Shown piece after piece: positions 1 through 12,566 of a DNA stretch of 64,000 nt. A model generated the notes under the pieces. It was not told where the DNA came from. It ran no database searches and worked only from the letters and a program-made list of their open reading frames with translations. The position numbers and the translations under genes are program-made. This stretch comes from Lama glama (lineage: Eukaryota): the NCBI GenBank assembly GCA_028534125.1, contig CM052816.1, positions 54,996,001-55,060,000 of the forward strand. Reading direction: 5' to 3'. Every line of letters starts with the position of its first letter. Position 1 is the stretch's first letter.

Positions 1-1621
1 AACCCTGCGGCTTCTCCCTTTACAACCTTAATGTCTGTCCCTTCCACTCCAGCTCCACAATCCCTGGCCACCACCCAGCTGAACCTCAGCCCCTGAGGCT
101 CCAGCCAAAAGCACCACACCCTGTTAGGCAGGGCTGGCTGGTGCCTCTTATTCCAAGGAGACATCCTAGGAGTCCCCCCTTGCCCGGGAGACCCCCGCTG
201 ACCCCCTCTCCTGGCAGGTTACTCCCTCTCCCTACAGTCGGGATGTGCCTTGGGGTGACGAGTCCCAGCCTCCGGTCAAAAAGGTCCCGAGCCCCTTGCA
301 TGTGACCCCTGAGGTCAGCTGGTTAGAAAGCAGCCCCAGTCAGGCCAGTCCCCAGAGACAGGCCCTCCCTCTCAGGAACCAGACCCTGAGAAGGGCCCCT
401 GTTCTCAATTCAGCTGCGCCCCCCGCCCCACCAGCCCACCAGGGGCTGCACCAGGCAATCCTGCACTTCACCTTGTCCCCCTGGGCAGCAGAGGTGAGGG
501 CTGACCCAGGGAGAGAACAAGGGGGAAGGAGGAAATGAAGAATTACCATAGAAACACGAAAGTTGTTTATGGCTTGAAAATGCAATTAAGAATTCCTTAA
601 AATTTCATTAACGTTTTATAACGAGCAACAACATGTCTCTTAATAAGTTGATTACCAAGAAAGATGTTTCCCTCTCAAGTCCAAGTTTCTATGAGCTTTG
701 TTTATGAACACAGCCAGGGCAGCATCCTTCGGAATCAAGACAGTGAGGTCCAAATGTGTAGAGGAAATCCAGTGGATTCTCCAAAGCATTCCTAGGTCAA
801 AAGATTCCTTTTCCTTGAGTACGGGATCCCAAGTAGTTAGCGTTAAGCAATCCCACACTCGTGGCTCTCCCTTGCTTAAACCTTTGAAGCATTTCTCCTA
901 TCAAACCTGATTCTCTAACTCACTACTAGGTAAGGGCAGAGCTTGAGACTTGATCTAATCAATGAGGCGTCCTTTTGGTGCCTGAGTTGTAAGCACTGAC
1001 ACAAAAGGAATCACACCCGTGTTTTGTTTCCTTCCCGGGGCACATACGAAACTGTCCCAGACTCGCTAATACAAAGAACAGCTTGGCTCGAGGACGCTTT
1101 GAAGATAGTATTTCTAAACAAGCCCATCACCAAGGGAAGGCCTTTTCGCTTTGTTTATTTTCAGAGGTGAGACAGAAGAAGCAAGCACAGCAAACAATTT
1201 GAATGCATTTTCTCTTTCCTTGAAAAAGGAATATTCTATTTCAGGAACTTTCCTTGGGAAACACAATAGCAGCCCCATTCATAACTACTTGCTTAACTGC
1301 GATTTGCAAACTCCCTGTCCATTTCTTACCAAGATTCCCTCTCCCATTCCCTGACCTTCCTAACAGCTCCAGTTGGGTTTCCTTCCTCAATCCACCCTCA
1401 GTTCCCAAAGAGAACCTACCACTTTCAATTTTGCACAGTTGTCCTAAAAAACTAAAGAACTGAAATTCTTAAAATAGGTTTATTTTCATCATTCAAATAT
1501 ATTTTGCAGAGATTAATATGAAATCTACTCAGCAGTATTAATTCTTGTGGAAAAGTAACTCCTGCAATTTAAACAGTGTGATATTTGGCATCAGAGAAAA
1601 ACTTCCAAAAAAATTTTTAAG

Positions 1622-1742
1622 ACTTTTTTTTGGGTGGGTGGGGCAATTAGGTTTATTTTTTTTTTTAATGGAGGTACTGGGGATCGAACCCAGGAACTCT
1701 TGCATGCTAAGCACATGCTATCACTGAGCTATACCCTCCCCC
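1622..1742 (-). mobile_element. tRNA-derived SINE (camelid-type)
   Basis: Minus strand GGGGAGGGTATAGCTCAGTG...GGGTTCGATCCCCAGTACCTCC with A/B boxes and an A-rich tail. Degenerate flanking repeat agagaaaaacttccaaa / agagaaaacctttcaaa. Confidence 0.9.
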
Positions 1743-2087
1743 AGAGAAAACCTTTCAAAGCCTGTATGAGTAGCAGTCTCACCTGCACAACCCCATTTCA
1801 GCAAAACTTGCACAGCAAAGAAGCCATCAAGTTAGCTGTCAGGGCCTACCTGAAAAGAGAACTTAAAAGTCCATTTAGTATTATTTAATATGGTAGAGAA
1901 ATGAAAGGCTTAGTTTAAAATAGCTCACAACGGAAAAACATCAAGGCATAAATAACTGTGGTTATCATCAGCATTTAGACCAAGACATCACCTAATTCCT
2001 GATGTGGTTTCCAACAGTAATAAAGTCCGTTTTTCCCCCTCAAAGTACCCTTTCTAGGGTCAATTTCAAAAGGATGCATACACATCC

Positions 2088-2630
2088 TGCAGAAGGCAGC
2101 TCCTCAGATGGCCCCCGTGATCCTCACCTTCCTGAATTCATCTCTTTGTGTAATCTTCTTCCCCTGAGCACAGGACAGACTTAGTAACTAGATTCTAATG
2201 AATAAAATACAGCCAGCTAGGGGATGTCACTCCTGAGAACAGGTTACAGAAAGGCTGGTTTCTTTTCCTACTCGGAAGTAGCGCGCTCTGGGGCTCGTTC
2301 AGACGTGCTGGTGGAAGCCAGCGCCATGCTGTGAGCTGCCCTGTGGAGGCCCGTCTGTCAAGGGAGGACTCTGGCCAACAGCAGTGGAGAACTGAGGTCT
2401 GCAGTCCCAAGGCCTGTAGAGAACTGAACCCCGCCAACGTCACTGAGGGGGTCTGCAAGCGGGTCTGCCCTGAATCTTGAGATGACTGCAGCTTTGTGAG
2501 TGACCGAGGGCCAGGGACCCAGGAAGCTCCACACCCATTTCTGACCCTCAAAAATTGTGACATAAATATCTGTTCTTTCAAGCCACTAACTTTGAGAGTC
2601 ATTTGTTACACAGTCATGAATAACTAATAA
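2088..2630 (+). mobile_element. ERVL-MaLR solo LTR, MLT1E/F-like
   Basis: Starts ggcagctcctcagatggcccccgtgatcctcacc and ends aagccactaactttgagagtcatttgttacacag...taactaata, both typical MLT1 termini. Confidence 0.8.
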
Positions 2631-3289
2631 AAATGCCAAACAGCCTCTGCCTCCAGACACAATTATAATTAGCTCTCCATGACATCATCTAAACCCTTTA
2701 ACCCATTTAGAGAAACACCCCCTCAGGTGAAGAGCTACTTTGTAAAGCAATTATCTATCTTTTTTAGCCCTAAAAATAAGTGTTTTTCATTTTCCCTTCA
2801 TTGCCATTAATATTAGTATTTTGAGGATTAATTAAGGAGTCTGTATGTGCAGACTTCCTAATTTTATAAACCATAAGCAGTAATTTCAGCCTTAAGTCAT
2901 CTTAATAGCCAAGCGACCACTTCCTCTCTTCATTCACTCATACATTGAAATATACCCTAAGCCCTTTCCTGGCTATCTTCTAGTTTACTGTGGTGTCATT
3001 AAGTTGTCTGGAATTGCTAGCTTCATAACTCACTGGGTCATGAAGAACTTTACCATCTAATTGTAATAGAGAATTTTCCATTGAGACAAATATCAAATTT
3101 TATCTTGAGGTTGGCAGTGTAGCCAAATCATCTAGAATCCTGTCTACAATGAATCTAATTTATATCCTACTTGTTAACTCCAGGAGAACCAAAACATACA
3201 GGAAATAGAATGCAATCAATCCCTATTAGCAAGGAACGATAGTAATTCAATGCTGGGCATTAAGTAATTCATTCAAATATGGGGGAGAT

Positions 3290-3850
3290 ATGTCACTGAT
3301 ACCTTATAATAGGGGGATCTGACTTAGATGGAGATGTCAGACAAGGACTCTCTGAAAAAGTGAGCTGTGATCTGAAGACAGAGCAGAGGCTCACTCCATA
3401 AAGAACAGGAAAAGGGAAGAGCACTTGCAAACATCCCGTGTAGGAGGGAACTTGGAAATGAAAAGGAGTCAATGTGGCTGAAAAATAGGGCAACAGGGAA
3501 CAGGATGCACAATGAGACCGTTGAGGCTGTAAGGACCGGACTGTGCAGAATCTATGAGTCCCTAAAGGAGTTTGCTTTTTAACTGAAGAGCATTGAGAAA
3601 CCACTGGTGGGTTTTAAACATCATTGGCCACACCAGATCAGAATTTTGAAAAGATTCATCTCTGCTGAAGGACTGAAAGGGACCAGAGGAGTGCAGAAAC
3701 CAATTAGAGACCACTAGGGTAATCTAGCAAGTGACATTGGAAGCCTGCAGTAGGCTGAGGGTGGGACAGAGAGGTGAACACAGCAGAGAGATTTAGGAGG
3801 ATGGCAGGTTAGACACAGGACGATACTCAGGCACACAAATACAGAGACAT
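3290..3850 (-). mobile_element. L2 LINE fragment
   Basis: L2-like phrases: ggactctctgaaaaagtgagctgtgatctgaag, gagaaaccactggtgggttttaa, agagatttaggag. Confidence 0.7.
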
Positions 3851-4169
3851 TAATACAGCAAATGTAAGTGAAGAAAAGGATTTTAAACCCAAGAGTAAAA
3901 AGCTTTAACCACATAGTAGTGAGCATTTTGAGCACAGAATTATTAGTTGCTTGAGCTCCATCTCCCAAAGTGGCCCTGTTGTGTCTGTCTGCACACTGTG
4001 GATGCTCAAAACAAAATCTGTAAAATGAATGGTGTTTAGACATCTCATATATGTTTGGATTATCTTCTATATGCATTTTTTCTGCTAAATATCATTTAAT
4101 CGTATTTAACAGCTTTCCTGGGAGCCTCTCTCAGCCAGGCCTAGCAAAGGAACTTTTCTTTACTAACAT

Positions 4170-4522
4170 CTTTAATGAGATATAATTTATATACCACACA
4201 ATTGGCCTTTTTAAAGTGTACAATTCAGTGGTTTTTAGTAGACTCAGAGAGTTGTGCAACCGTCACCACAATCAAGTTTAAAATAGTTTTGTCCCTGCAA
4301 AAAGAAACTAATATCCATTAGCATCACTTCCCGCCTCCCCTCCCACCAGCCCTAGGCAACCACGGATCTACTGTCTGTCTCTCTGGATTTGCCTATTCTG
4401 GTCCTTTCATATAATGTAATCACAACAAAACATGTGGCCTTTTGTGTCTAGTTTCTTTCATTCGGCAGATTTTCGAGGTCCATCCATGCTATAAGTACGT
4501 ATCAGTACTTCATTGTTTTCTT
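4170..4522 (-). mobile_element. Old L1 (L1MB/ME-like) 3' end, first piece of a split element
   Basis: ttaatgagatataattt...aaagtgtacaattcagtggtttttagta...atcagtacttcatt. Resumes at ~7257. Confidence 0.8.
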
Positions 4523-7256
4523 AAGATTTTTTTTACAGTAGTTTTAAGTTCACAGCAAAATTGAGGGGAAGATACAAAGATTTCCCATATATCCCCTGCC
4601 CTCAAACATGCATAGTCTCCACCATTATCAATATCCCCCACCAGCATGGAGCATTTATTTTAATTGATGAATCTACATTAACACATCATAATCACCCAAA
4701 GTCCACAGTCACAGCACGGTTCACTCTTGCTTCTACACATTCTGTGGGTTTGGATAAATGTATAAAGACATGTATCTATCACTGTGGTAGCTTAAAGAGT
4801 ATTTTTACTGCCCTAAAAAATCCTCCATGCCTCTCCAGTCATCCTTCTCCCCTCAATCACTGATATTTGTACTGTCTCCATAGTTCTGCCTCTTCCAGAA
4901 TATCATATACTTGGAACCATATAATATGTAGCCTTTTCAGATAAGCTTTTTTCCACATCCTATATGCATTTAAGATTCCTCCATATCTTTTCATGGCTAG
5001 ATAGTTTATATCTTTTTAGTGCTGACTAATATGCCATTGTCTGGATGCACCAAAGTTCATTTATCTATTCACCTACTAAAGGACATCTTGGTTGCTTCCA
5101 AGTTTGGGCTATTATGAAAAATGCTTCTTTCTATAAACATCCATGTATAGCTTTTTGTGTGGACAGAGCCTTCACTCCATTGGGTAACATAGAAACAGCA
5201 CAACTGCTAGATCATATGGAAAGAATATTTTTAGTTTTGTAAGAAACTGTCACACTGTCTTCTGAAGTGACTGTATCATTTTGCATTTCCACAAGCAACA
5301 AATGAGAGTTCTTGTTGCTTCACATCCTTGCCAACATTTGGCGTTGGAAGTGTTCAGATTTTGGCCTTTCTGATAGGCTTGTAGTGGTGTCTTGCTACTG
5401 TTTTAGTTTGCATTTCTCTGATGACATATAATATGGCGCATTCTTTCCTATGCTTATTTGCCATCTGTATATCTTCTTTGGTGAGGTTTTGTTAAGATTT
5501 TTGGTCCATTTATTAATTGGGTTATTTTCTTTTTGTTGGGTTTTAAGAGCTCTTTATGTGTCTTGGATAACATTCCCTTATCAGTGTGCCTTGGCAAATA
5601 TTTTCTCCCAGTCTGTGCCTTGTCTTCTCATTCTCTTGACATTGTCTTTCACAGAGTAGAAATTTTAAAGTGTAACGAAGTCCAGCTCACTGATCTTTCT
5701 TTCATGGATCATGACATTGGTGCTGCATCTTAAAAGCCATTGCCATATTCAAGTTCATCTAGGTTTTCTCCTTTTTCATCCTCTGGGAGTGTTACAGTCT
5801 TGCATTTTAGACATAGATTTAATCCATGGGAGTCAATTTTTGTGAAAGGTGTAAGGTCAGTGTCCAGATTCACTTTCTGCATGTGGATGTGCAGGGGCTC
5901 CAGCAGCATTTGTTAAAAAGACCATCTTTGCTTCACTGCATTGCTTTGCTCCTTTGTCAAAGATCAACTGACTATACTTAGAGGGGCCTATTTCAGGGCT
6001 CTCTATTCTGTTCCATTGATCTATTTGTCCTTTTTTTTTTTTTAACCAGTACCACACTGTCTTGATTACTATACTTTTATTAAGTTTGAAGTTGGGTAGT
6101 GTCATTCCTCCATCTTTATTCTCCTTCAATATTGTGTTGGCTACTCTAGGTTTTTCACTTCTCCATATTAAGTTTTTTTTAAAACTGACTCTTAACAAGC
6201 CTTTCTTTTTTTAATTTTTAATTTTATTTATTTTTGGAGAGATCATTAGGTCTATTTACTTATTTATTATTAGTTTTTTTTTTAATGGAGGTACTGGGGA
6301 TTGAATCCAGTATCTAGTGCATACTAAGCATGTGCTGTACCACTTGAGCTACACCCTCCCCCTTCCATATTAACTTTTGAATCACATTGTTGATGTACAC
6401 AAAATAACTTTCTGGGATTTTGGATTTGGATTGCATTGAATCTATAGATCAAGTTGGGAAGAACTATCTTGACAATACTGTCTTCCTATCCATCAGTATG
6501 GAATATCTCTGTTTATTTAGTCTTCTTTAATTTCATTCATCAAAGTTTTATAGTTATCCTCATATAGACCTTGTATATATTTTATTAAATTTATACCTAA
6601 GTATGTCATTTTGGGGGCTACTAATGTAAATGATGTTGTGTTTTAATTTTAAATTTCACTTGTCCATTGCCAGTTTATAGGAAAGCAACTGACTTGTATG
6701 TGAACCTTGTATCTTGGAAGCTTGTTGTAACTGTTTATTAGGTCCAGGCTTTTTTCTTCTTCTTCTTTTTTTAATTCTTTCAGGTTTTCTACATTGTCAA
6801 TCAAGTCATCTGTAAACAAAGATAGTTTTTATCTCTATTTCCAAGCTGTATGCCTTTTATTCCCTTTTCTTGTTTTAGTGCATTAGCTAGAACTTCCACC
6901 ACAACATTGAAAAGGAGTGGTGAGGGGAACTATCTTCGCCTTGTACCTGATTTTAGTGGGAAAGCTTCAAGTTTCTCACCACTAAGTATGAGGTCAGCTA
7001 TATGGTTTTTGTAAACAGTCTTTCTCAAGTTGAAGATGTTCCCCTACATTCCTAGTTTCCTAAGAATTTTTAACATGTTGGATTTTGTCAAATGCCTTTT
7101 CTGCATCTGTTGATACAATCATATGGTTTTTCTTATTTAGACTGTTGATATGATGATTTTCAAATGTTGTGTCAGCCTTGCATATATGGGGTAAACCCCA
7201 CTTGGTTGTGATTATAAACTTCTTTTTACACATTGTTGAGTCTGATTTTCTAATAT
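4523..7256 (-). mobile_element. L1 (L1MC/MD-like) 3' UTR plus ORF2 remnant, nested in the older L1
   Basis: 3' end gttttaagttcacagcaaaattgag. ORF 5857-6198 translates to L1 ORF2 motifs (KTVWYW...[12 protein letters not shown]...QLIFDKGAK). Confidence 0.88.
6173..6362 (-). mobile_element. tRNA-derived SINE inserted into L1 ORF2
   Basis: SINE body 6280-6362. TSD core tccatattaa at 6162-6171 and 6364-6373. Confidence 0.9.
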
Positions 7257-8660
7257 TTTTTACAGCTGAATAATGTGTGTTTCCTTATATGGGAATATCA
7301 CACAGTTTATCCATTCATCAGCTGATGGACATTTGAGTTGTTCCCATTTTTTGCTCTAATGAATAATGCTTCAGTACACAAAACCTGTGTGCAGGTTTTT
7401 GTGTAGTCATAAGTTTCCATTTTCCTGGGGATATACCTAGAGGTGGGACTACTGGATTATATGGTAACTCTGTATTTAACTTTTTGAGGAGTTTCCAGAC
7501 TATGCTACAAAGTAGCTTCACCATTTTATAATCCAAACAGCAATGTATAAGGATTCCAATTTCTCTACATCCTTGCAAACACTTGTTATTATCAGTCTTT
7601 TTGATTATAGCTATCCTAGTATGAAATGGTATCTCATTTTGGTTTTGATTTGCATTTCCCTAATGACTGATGTTAAGCATCCTGCCCTGTTCTTAAGGTC
7701 CATTTGTATAACTAATTTGGAAAAATGTCTATTCAGAAACTTTGTCCATTTTTAAATCAAATTTTTTAAAAGTTTAAATTATTTACTTTTTATGCTGAGT
7801 TGTAAGAGTTTTTTATACATTCTGGATACAAGTCTCTTATCAAATATATGATTTGCAAATATTTTCTCCAATTCCATGGGTTGTCTTTTCAATTTCTTGA
7901 TGGTATCCCCTTGAATCAAAAAGGTTTCATTTGTATGATGTTTAATTTATCTATTTTTCTTTTTTTGCTTTTGCTTTTGGTGTCTCAGAAACCATTGCCT
8001 AACCCAAGGTCACAAAGATATACTCCTGTATCTTCTTCTAAGAGATTTATAGTTGTGGTTCTCACATTTAGACTAACAAACCATTCTAAGATTTTTTAAA
8101 ATATGGTGTGAGGTAGGGGTCCAAAGTCATTTTCATGAATGTGTATATTCAGTTGTCTCAGCAACATTTATTGAAAAAACTGGATTTTTCTCCCACTGAA
8201 TTGTCTTAATGGGATGATTTTTAGGTTAAATTAAGCTTGCATTCCAGGGATAAATCCCACTTGTTGGTATATAATCCTTTTTATATGTTGCTGGACTCAG
8301 TTTGCTTGTGTTTCATTGAAGATTTTTGTATTTATATTCATAAGGGATGTTGGTCTATAGTTTTTTTAAGGTATCTTTGTCTGGTTTTAGTATCAGAGTA
8401 ATACTGGTCTCAAAAGAAAGAGTTAGGAAGTGTTCCCTCCTCTTATATTTTTTGGAAGAGTGAGAAGTGTTTCAAGTAACAATCTTTTTACTTGTGAGTC
8501 TATTCAGATTTTATTTCTTCCTGAGTCAGTTTTAGTAGATGTCTTTCTAGGAAACTGTAGATTTCCTTTAGGTGAGCTAATTTGCTGGTGTACAATTGCT
8601 CACAGCATTTCCTCAACATCTTTTTAATTTCTATAACATTGATAGTGATATCCCCCTCTG
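7257..8660 (-). mobile_element. Continuation of the host L1 (3' UTR / ORF2 C-terminus) plus a further ORF2 fragment (~8210-8660)
   Basis: gctgatggacatttgagttg..., ORF 7318-7578 (VWKLLKKLNTELPYNP), ORF 8500-8691 (EQLY...FLERHLLKLTQEEI). Confidence 0.85.
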
Positions 8661-9494
8661 AATAAAGGAACTTGTGAATGGTCTGAGACAAATGATCACA
8701 GCATTTTAAAATTAAGAAAACAAAAATTAAAGGTATGCTAGACTACAACAATTCTGAATTTTTTAAAATTCTGAGTTACAGGACATATAAGCTAGATATC
8801 CTTCCAATTCTCACCTCTGGAAGGAAAAAATGGCACAAAGACAGAACCCAAGATGTTTCTGGCTAAAATGCACTAAAATCAGTTCAACTGAAACAAACAA
8901 GAAATAGTTCCCAGCTAAACTTACACATTCTAAGTGTACCATTTAATAGAAACTCAATATTCTAGAGAAACTACACTCACATGAACACATGCACATGCAT
9001 GCACTATAACAAACCCAATATGATGAATTCCTAAGGCATTAACATTGTAAAACAATCAGGCAATATACCCTCTCAAATCAGTAACTTTTTGAACAGAGAC
9101 CGATTCGCCCCTTCATTTATTTCTTGAGTTCGGGACCATCAGAATTCTGTATACTATGCTTTCTGAAATCACAGCACACATCTCTATTAACAGCCATAAA
9201 ATTTTTACATACTCTATGACCAAAAATCAGCTTCCCTGAAAGTCACAAGAAATGTTCAGATCTTAATAAAAGTTTCATAAATACATATTATATCTAATCT
9301 CTTCTTGGAAAATAAATTTATGAAAACCATCTAAGAGAAAAAAAAAACAACTGTCTATTTTGCAGTCTTTTCTTTCAATGAAACTATTTCTGAGATTCCT
9401 AAGGAAGCTTTCTTCCAAGAGCATGGGTTAATTGTTATGCTGACTCTTTGTTTTTGTTTTTCCTTCAAAATTCTGCGACATGTTTCTATTATTC

Positions 9495-9563
9495 CTTTTT
9501 AAAATTTTTTTATTTGTATATACATATTTTATTAAAGTATAGTCAGTTTACAGTGTTGTGTCA
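9495..9563 (-). mobile_element. Very short artiodactyl-type L1 3' tail
   Basis: ttattaaagtatagtcagtttacagtgttgtgtca, near-identical to the copies at ~19970 and ~62645. Confidence 0.75.
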
Positions 9564-11039
9564 TGTTGATTCTTGAAACAAAATTCAACTACAGAATTTT
9601 GACAACACCAAAGACGATGACAAGCTCCCAAGCTATCTTGATACAACTTTCATCCATTCAGAAGAAAACTATGCTTAGGTTATCACCATACACTTGATCA
9701 GCATTATAGTCTACAGAAAACTTGTACCTTTTTTATTTTAGTTGAGATCAGGAAATTCACCCCAGTGACTCCCCATCTCACACCCTCTCCTCTGTGTGAC
9801 ACTGCTCCCCGCTTCTAAAAACCAGGAGGCAAAAAACTCAATACGTAAAGGGTGTGTCGGGAGGAAGTCTGCACTAACTTTGCTTAAACGTTTTCATTGG
9901 AAGCATGCTTGTTTTGGATGTCTATGAATCACTCCCCTTAACTAACTTTAGCAACAATTTGACTAAAAGCATGTTTTTAAACATCTTAGACTGATAGTCA
10001 ATCTTCAGTGACCTGCCACCTATCGACTTCACAGCCATGTTTAATAACCTTCAAAACTTAGCCTTTAGAGCTTAGAGTTACAAGACACTGTTAAAACATT
10101 AAACAACCCTGGAAAACCCTCTTTTAAGCAATTTTGTGGCCAAATTAGTGCATGTGTCACCGAATGTTCTAAAAAAACACTGATTAAAACCCTCATTCTT
10201 CTAGCTCTGTAGGTCACTATTTACCAGAAATCGGAGATAATGAATGCCACTGACTATTAACTCAATGTTTGCTTTCTGTATAGATAAGCGAGCCAACGTA
10301 CCTCTCCACGGAACAGCACTGTCGCTTGATCACAGCACAAAGCAGTAAATCAGAATCTAACTCCTGGCCCGGGGCGCTGACCCAGTGAAGGGCAAAGTTC
10401 TGATTTCCCTGATACCGAAGAGGCCCGAGAGCAAGTACTTTATCTTCACTTTCTCCTTGGAGAATGTAAACTTACTTGTAATCTAAAAAGCCTAAAAGGA
10501 TCAATGTGATTTTAGAGACAAGTATCCGAAGTGGACACACAGCCATGGGTTAAAAAAGAGATTGCTGTCATAAACCCACTCTCCAACTTAGGGAACGATG
10601 GACTTCAGTCCAAAAAGCTGTTTTTCTACTTAGCACTTAGGAATATATAATTATATATTAATTTAAAATAATAGTAATAATTATAATCATTGGGGGAGGA
10701 TTGGGAGAAAGATATGAGGAAGCTCAGGAGGAAAAGGAAGTTGTGTTTAAGTCGCTGCTGCTCCTCCACATCCAAGCCAGTGAGATGAGAAATTTTGAAA
10801 TAATCCGCCGTTTGCCTCGGGATTTCCTGGGAGGCTGGGGGAAGAAAAAGGAACAGCTGCCTCCTTAGTGCTTTGACCTTGGCTGTGGTAGCAACGTTTT
10901 CTCAATTCTGCCATTTACAAAGCACAGGTGGTTCTTCTCCCTTACTCTCAACAAGATTGCACATGAGTTATTAACAACACAAAACCCCAGATCTCATATC
11001 CAAGAGAAGGTACACAAATAGGCTAAGTCTGAGTCTTAC

Positions 11040-11139
11040 CTTTTGGCTTCCTCCAGGTGGCACAAATATTCATAAGCAATATTCTGCCGCCTCCTCTCAT
11101 CCATCTCCTCTGCGGAGAGTCTTTCATCGTCCACAATAG
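11040..11139 (-). CDS. IQGAP2: IQGAP2 exon 2 (100 nt; (S)IVDDERLSAEEMDERRRQNIAYEYLCHLEEAK(R)), leading into the calponin-homology domain
   Basis: Reverse complement reads tatttctag|CTATTGTGGACGAT...GCCAAAAG|gtaagac, with canonical splice sites. The peptide is the hallmark IQGAP N-terminal segment, and IVDDERLSAEE/QNIAY fits IQGAP2 rather than IQGAP1. Absent from the ORF track. Confidence 0.97.
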
Positions 11140-11411
11140 CTAGAAATAGAGGATAACATCACATCACTTATAAAGGCTGCGTCCATCAAATAGTGAGACA
11201 ATCAGCTAAGAAAAACTCATAGACAGCTCAACACCAAGCACTGAGAGGTGGGGGTATTGAGACACCCAGCACAGGAAGAGATTTGCCTTTGTATTTGACA
11301 ATGTTATACTATTTCTAGCAAAAAAATGCAATATTGGAGTATACGATGACATTAAATAATAGAAGAATAGCAATCAGATTTAAAAAAATTTGTAGGAGAG
11401 GTAACTAGAGT

Positions 11412-11511
11412 CGTCTGTCTGTCTATCTCTTTTAATGGAGGTACTGGGGGTTGAACTCACGACCTTGTGCATGTGAGCAGGCACTCTACCACTGAGCTGT
11501 ACCCACTTCCC
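11412..11511 (-). mobile_element. tRNA-derived SINE
   Basis: aatggaggtactgggggttgaactc...ctctaccactgagctgtaccc, with a short (GTCT)n tail remnant. Confidence 0.85.
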
Positions 11512-12424
11512 TTGCGATCAGATTTCATAGACATGATGCCATAGGATTTAGATAGACTCAAACTAATTAGAGCATAATCTATGGCAACAATTTTCCTCAA
11601 CAAGCCTGCAGAATTGGCCCAATGGCTCTGCTTGGACCATCCCAGAAATTCTGGGGTTGAACGAAGAATCTGTAAGTACCCGTGCTTTCCCATTCCTAGA
11701 GGGAATGAAGGCTTCTCACCCAACCCAAATCCTATCTTACAGATGACAAAGTCACTAAAATTCATCCCTTGCTTGTTTCCTGGCCTTTACAAGGCTAACT
11801 TTCCTGGTCCACAGGTATCCAAAAGAAAAAAGCCATGAAAACAGCTAGTGAGCAGAGTTTTCAAGCCCACACTTTTTACTCCAAAACAAGCCTGATTTAT
11901 AAACTGCCACACTTCAGCCCTGCCTTTCTGTAGAGAACGCGGGGCCTCCCCATTTCCTGACTGCACTTCCTCCGCCCGCAGCCTCAAGTACCCCACAGCA
12001 GCCAACGGTCACACCAGCCAACTCTTCGCTGTCTATTTACATGACAACACTCCTTGCTCATAAAAAGGACTCCTTTTCCCTCTACAGTCCTGAACTTTAT
12101 TTCTGATGGTCATAAAACAAATTTGGTTTCTCATTTGGCAGACTACTCGTCTAATGAAGACAATGTGTGTGAGCAGCAAGGCTCTGATCACATGGGGCAG
12201 GCATGTAGGTCCCCAGGCAGCGTTTCCTAAAGGAGAACCCTGGTCCCAAGCAGAAGAGATAAGGATGTGAAGGTCACCCCTCCATCCCTAAGAAAGGCCC
12301 ATCTCATGCCTACTGGTGAGGCATCCAAAATATCAATTTGGCAGACAAAAGGGATTAAGATCTCAATCTAAACTCTTACTGGGCAAGGACCATGCTAAAT
12401 GCTTCAGATCTAAAAATAATACCA

Positions 12425-12566
12425 GGGGAGGGTATAGCTCAAGTGGTAGAGCTCATGCCTAACACACACAAGGTCATGGGTTCAATCCCAGCACCTCTTC
12501 CAAAATCAAAAAAACCTAATTACCTCCCCCCACTAACCAACCAACCAACCAATCAAGCAATCAGTC
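12425..12566 (+). mobile_element. tRNA-derived SINE with perfect 12-bp TSD
   Basis: ggggagggtatagctcaagtggtagag...ggttcaatccc. TSD aaaataatacca at 12413-12424 and 12567-12578. Confidence 0.92.

Larger units (their letters stand above)
1..11039 (-). other. IQGAP2: IQGAP2 intron 2 (partial; exon 3 not seen in the window)
   Basis: GTAAG donor at 11039-11035. No WMEVCL-like continuation was seen in 1-11039. Confidence 0.8.

Noticed and set aside
5857..8691. ORFs with protein-like motifs
   Set aside because: Decayed L1 ORF2 fragments with stops and frameshifts, not host genes.
10642..10659. Perfect 18-bp palindrome aatatataattatatatt
   Set aside because: Pure AT low-complexity sequence, expected by chance or slippage.
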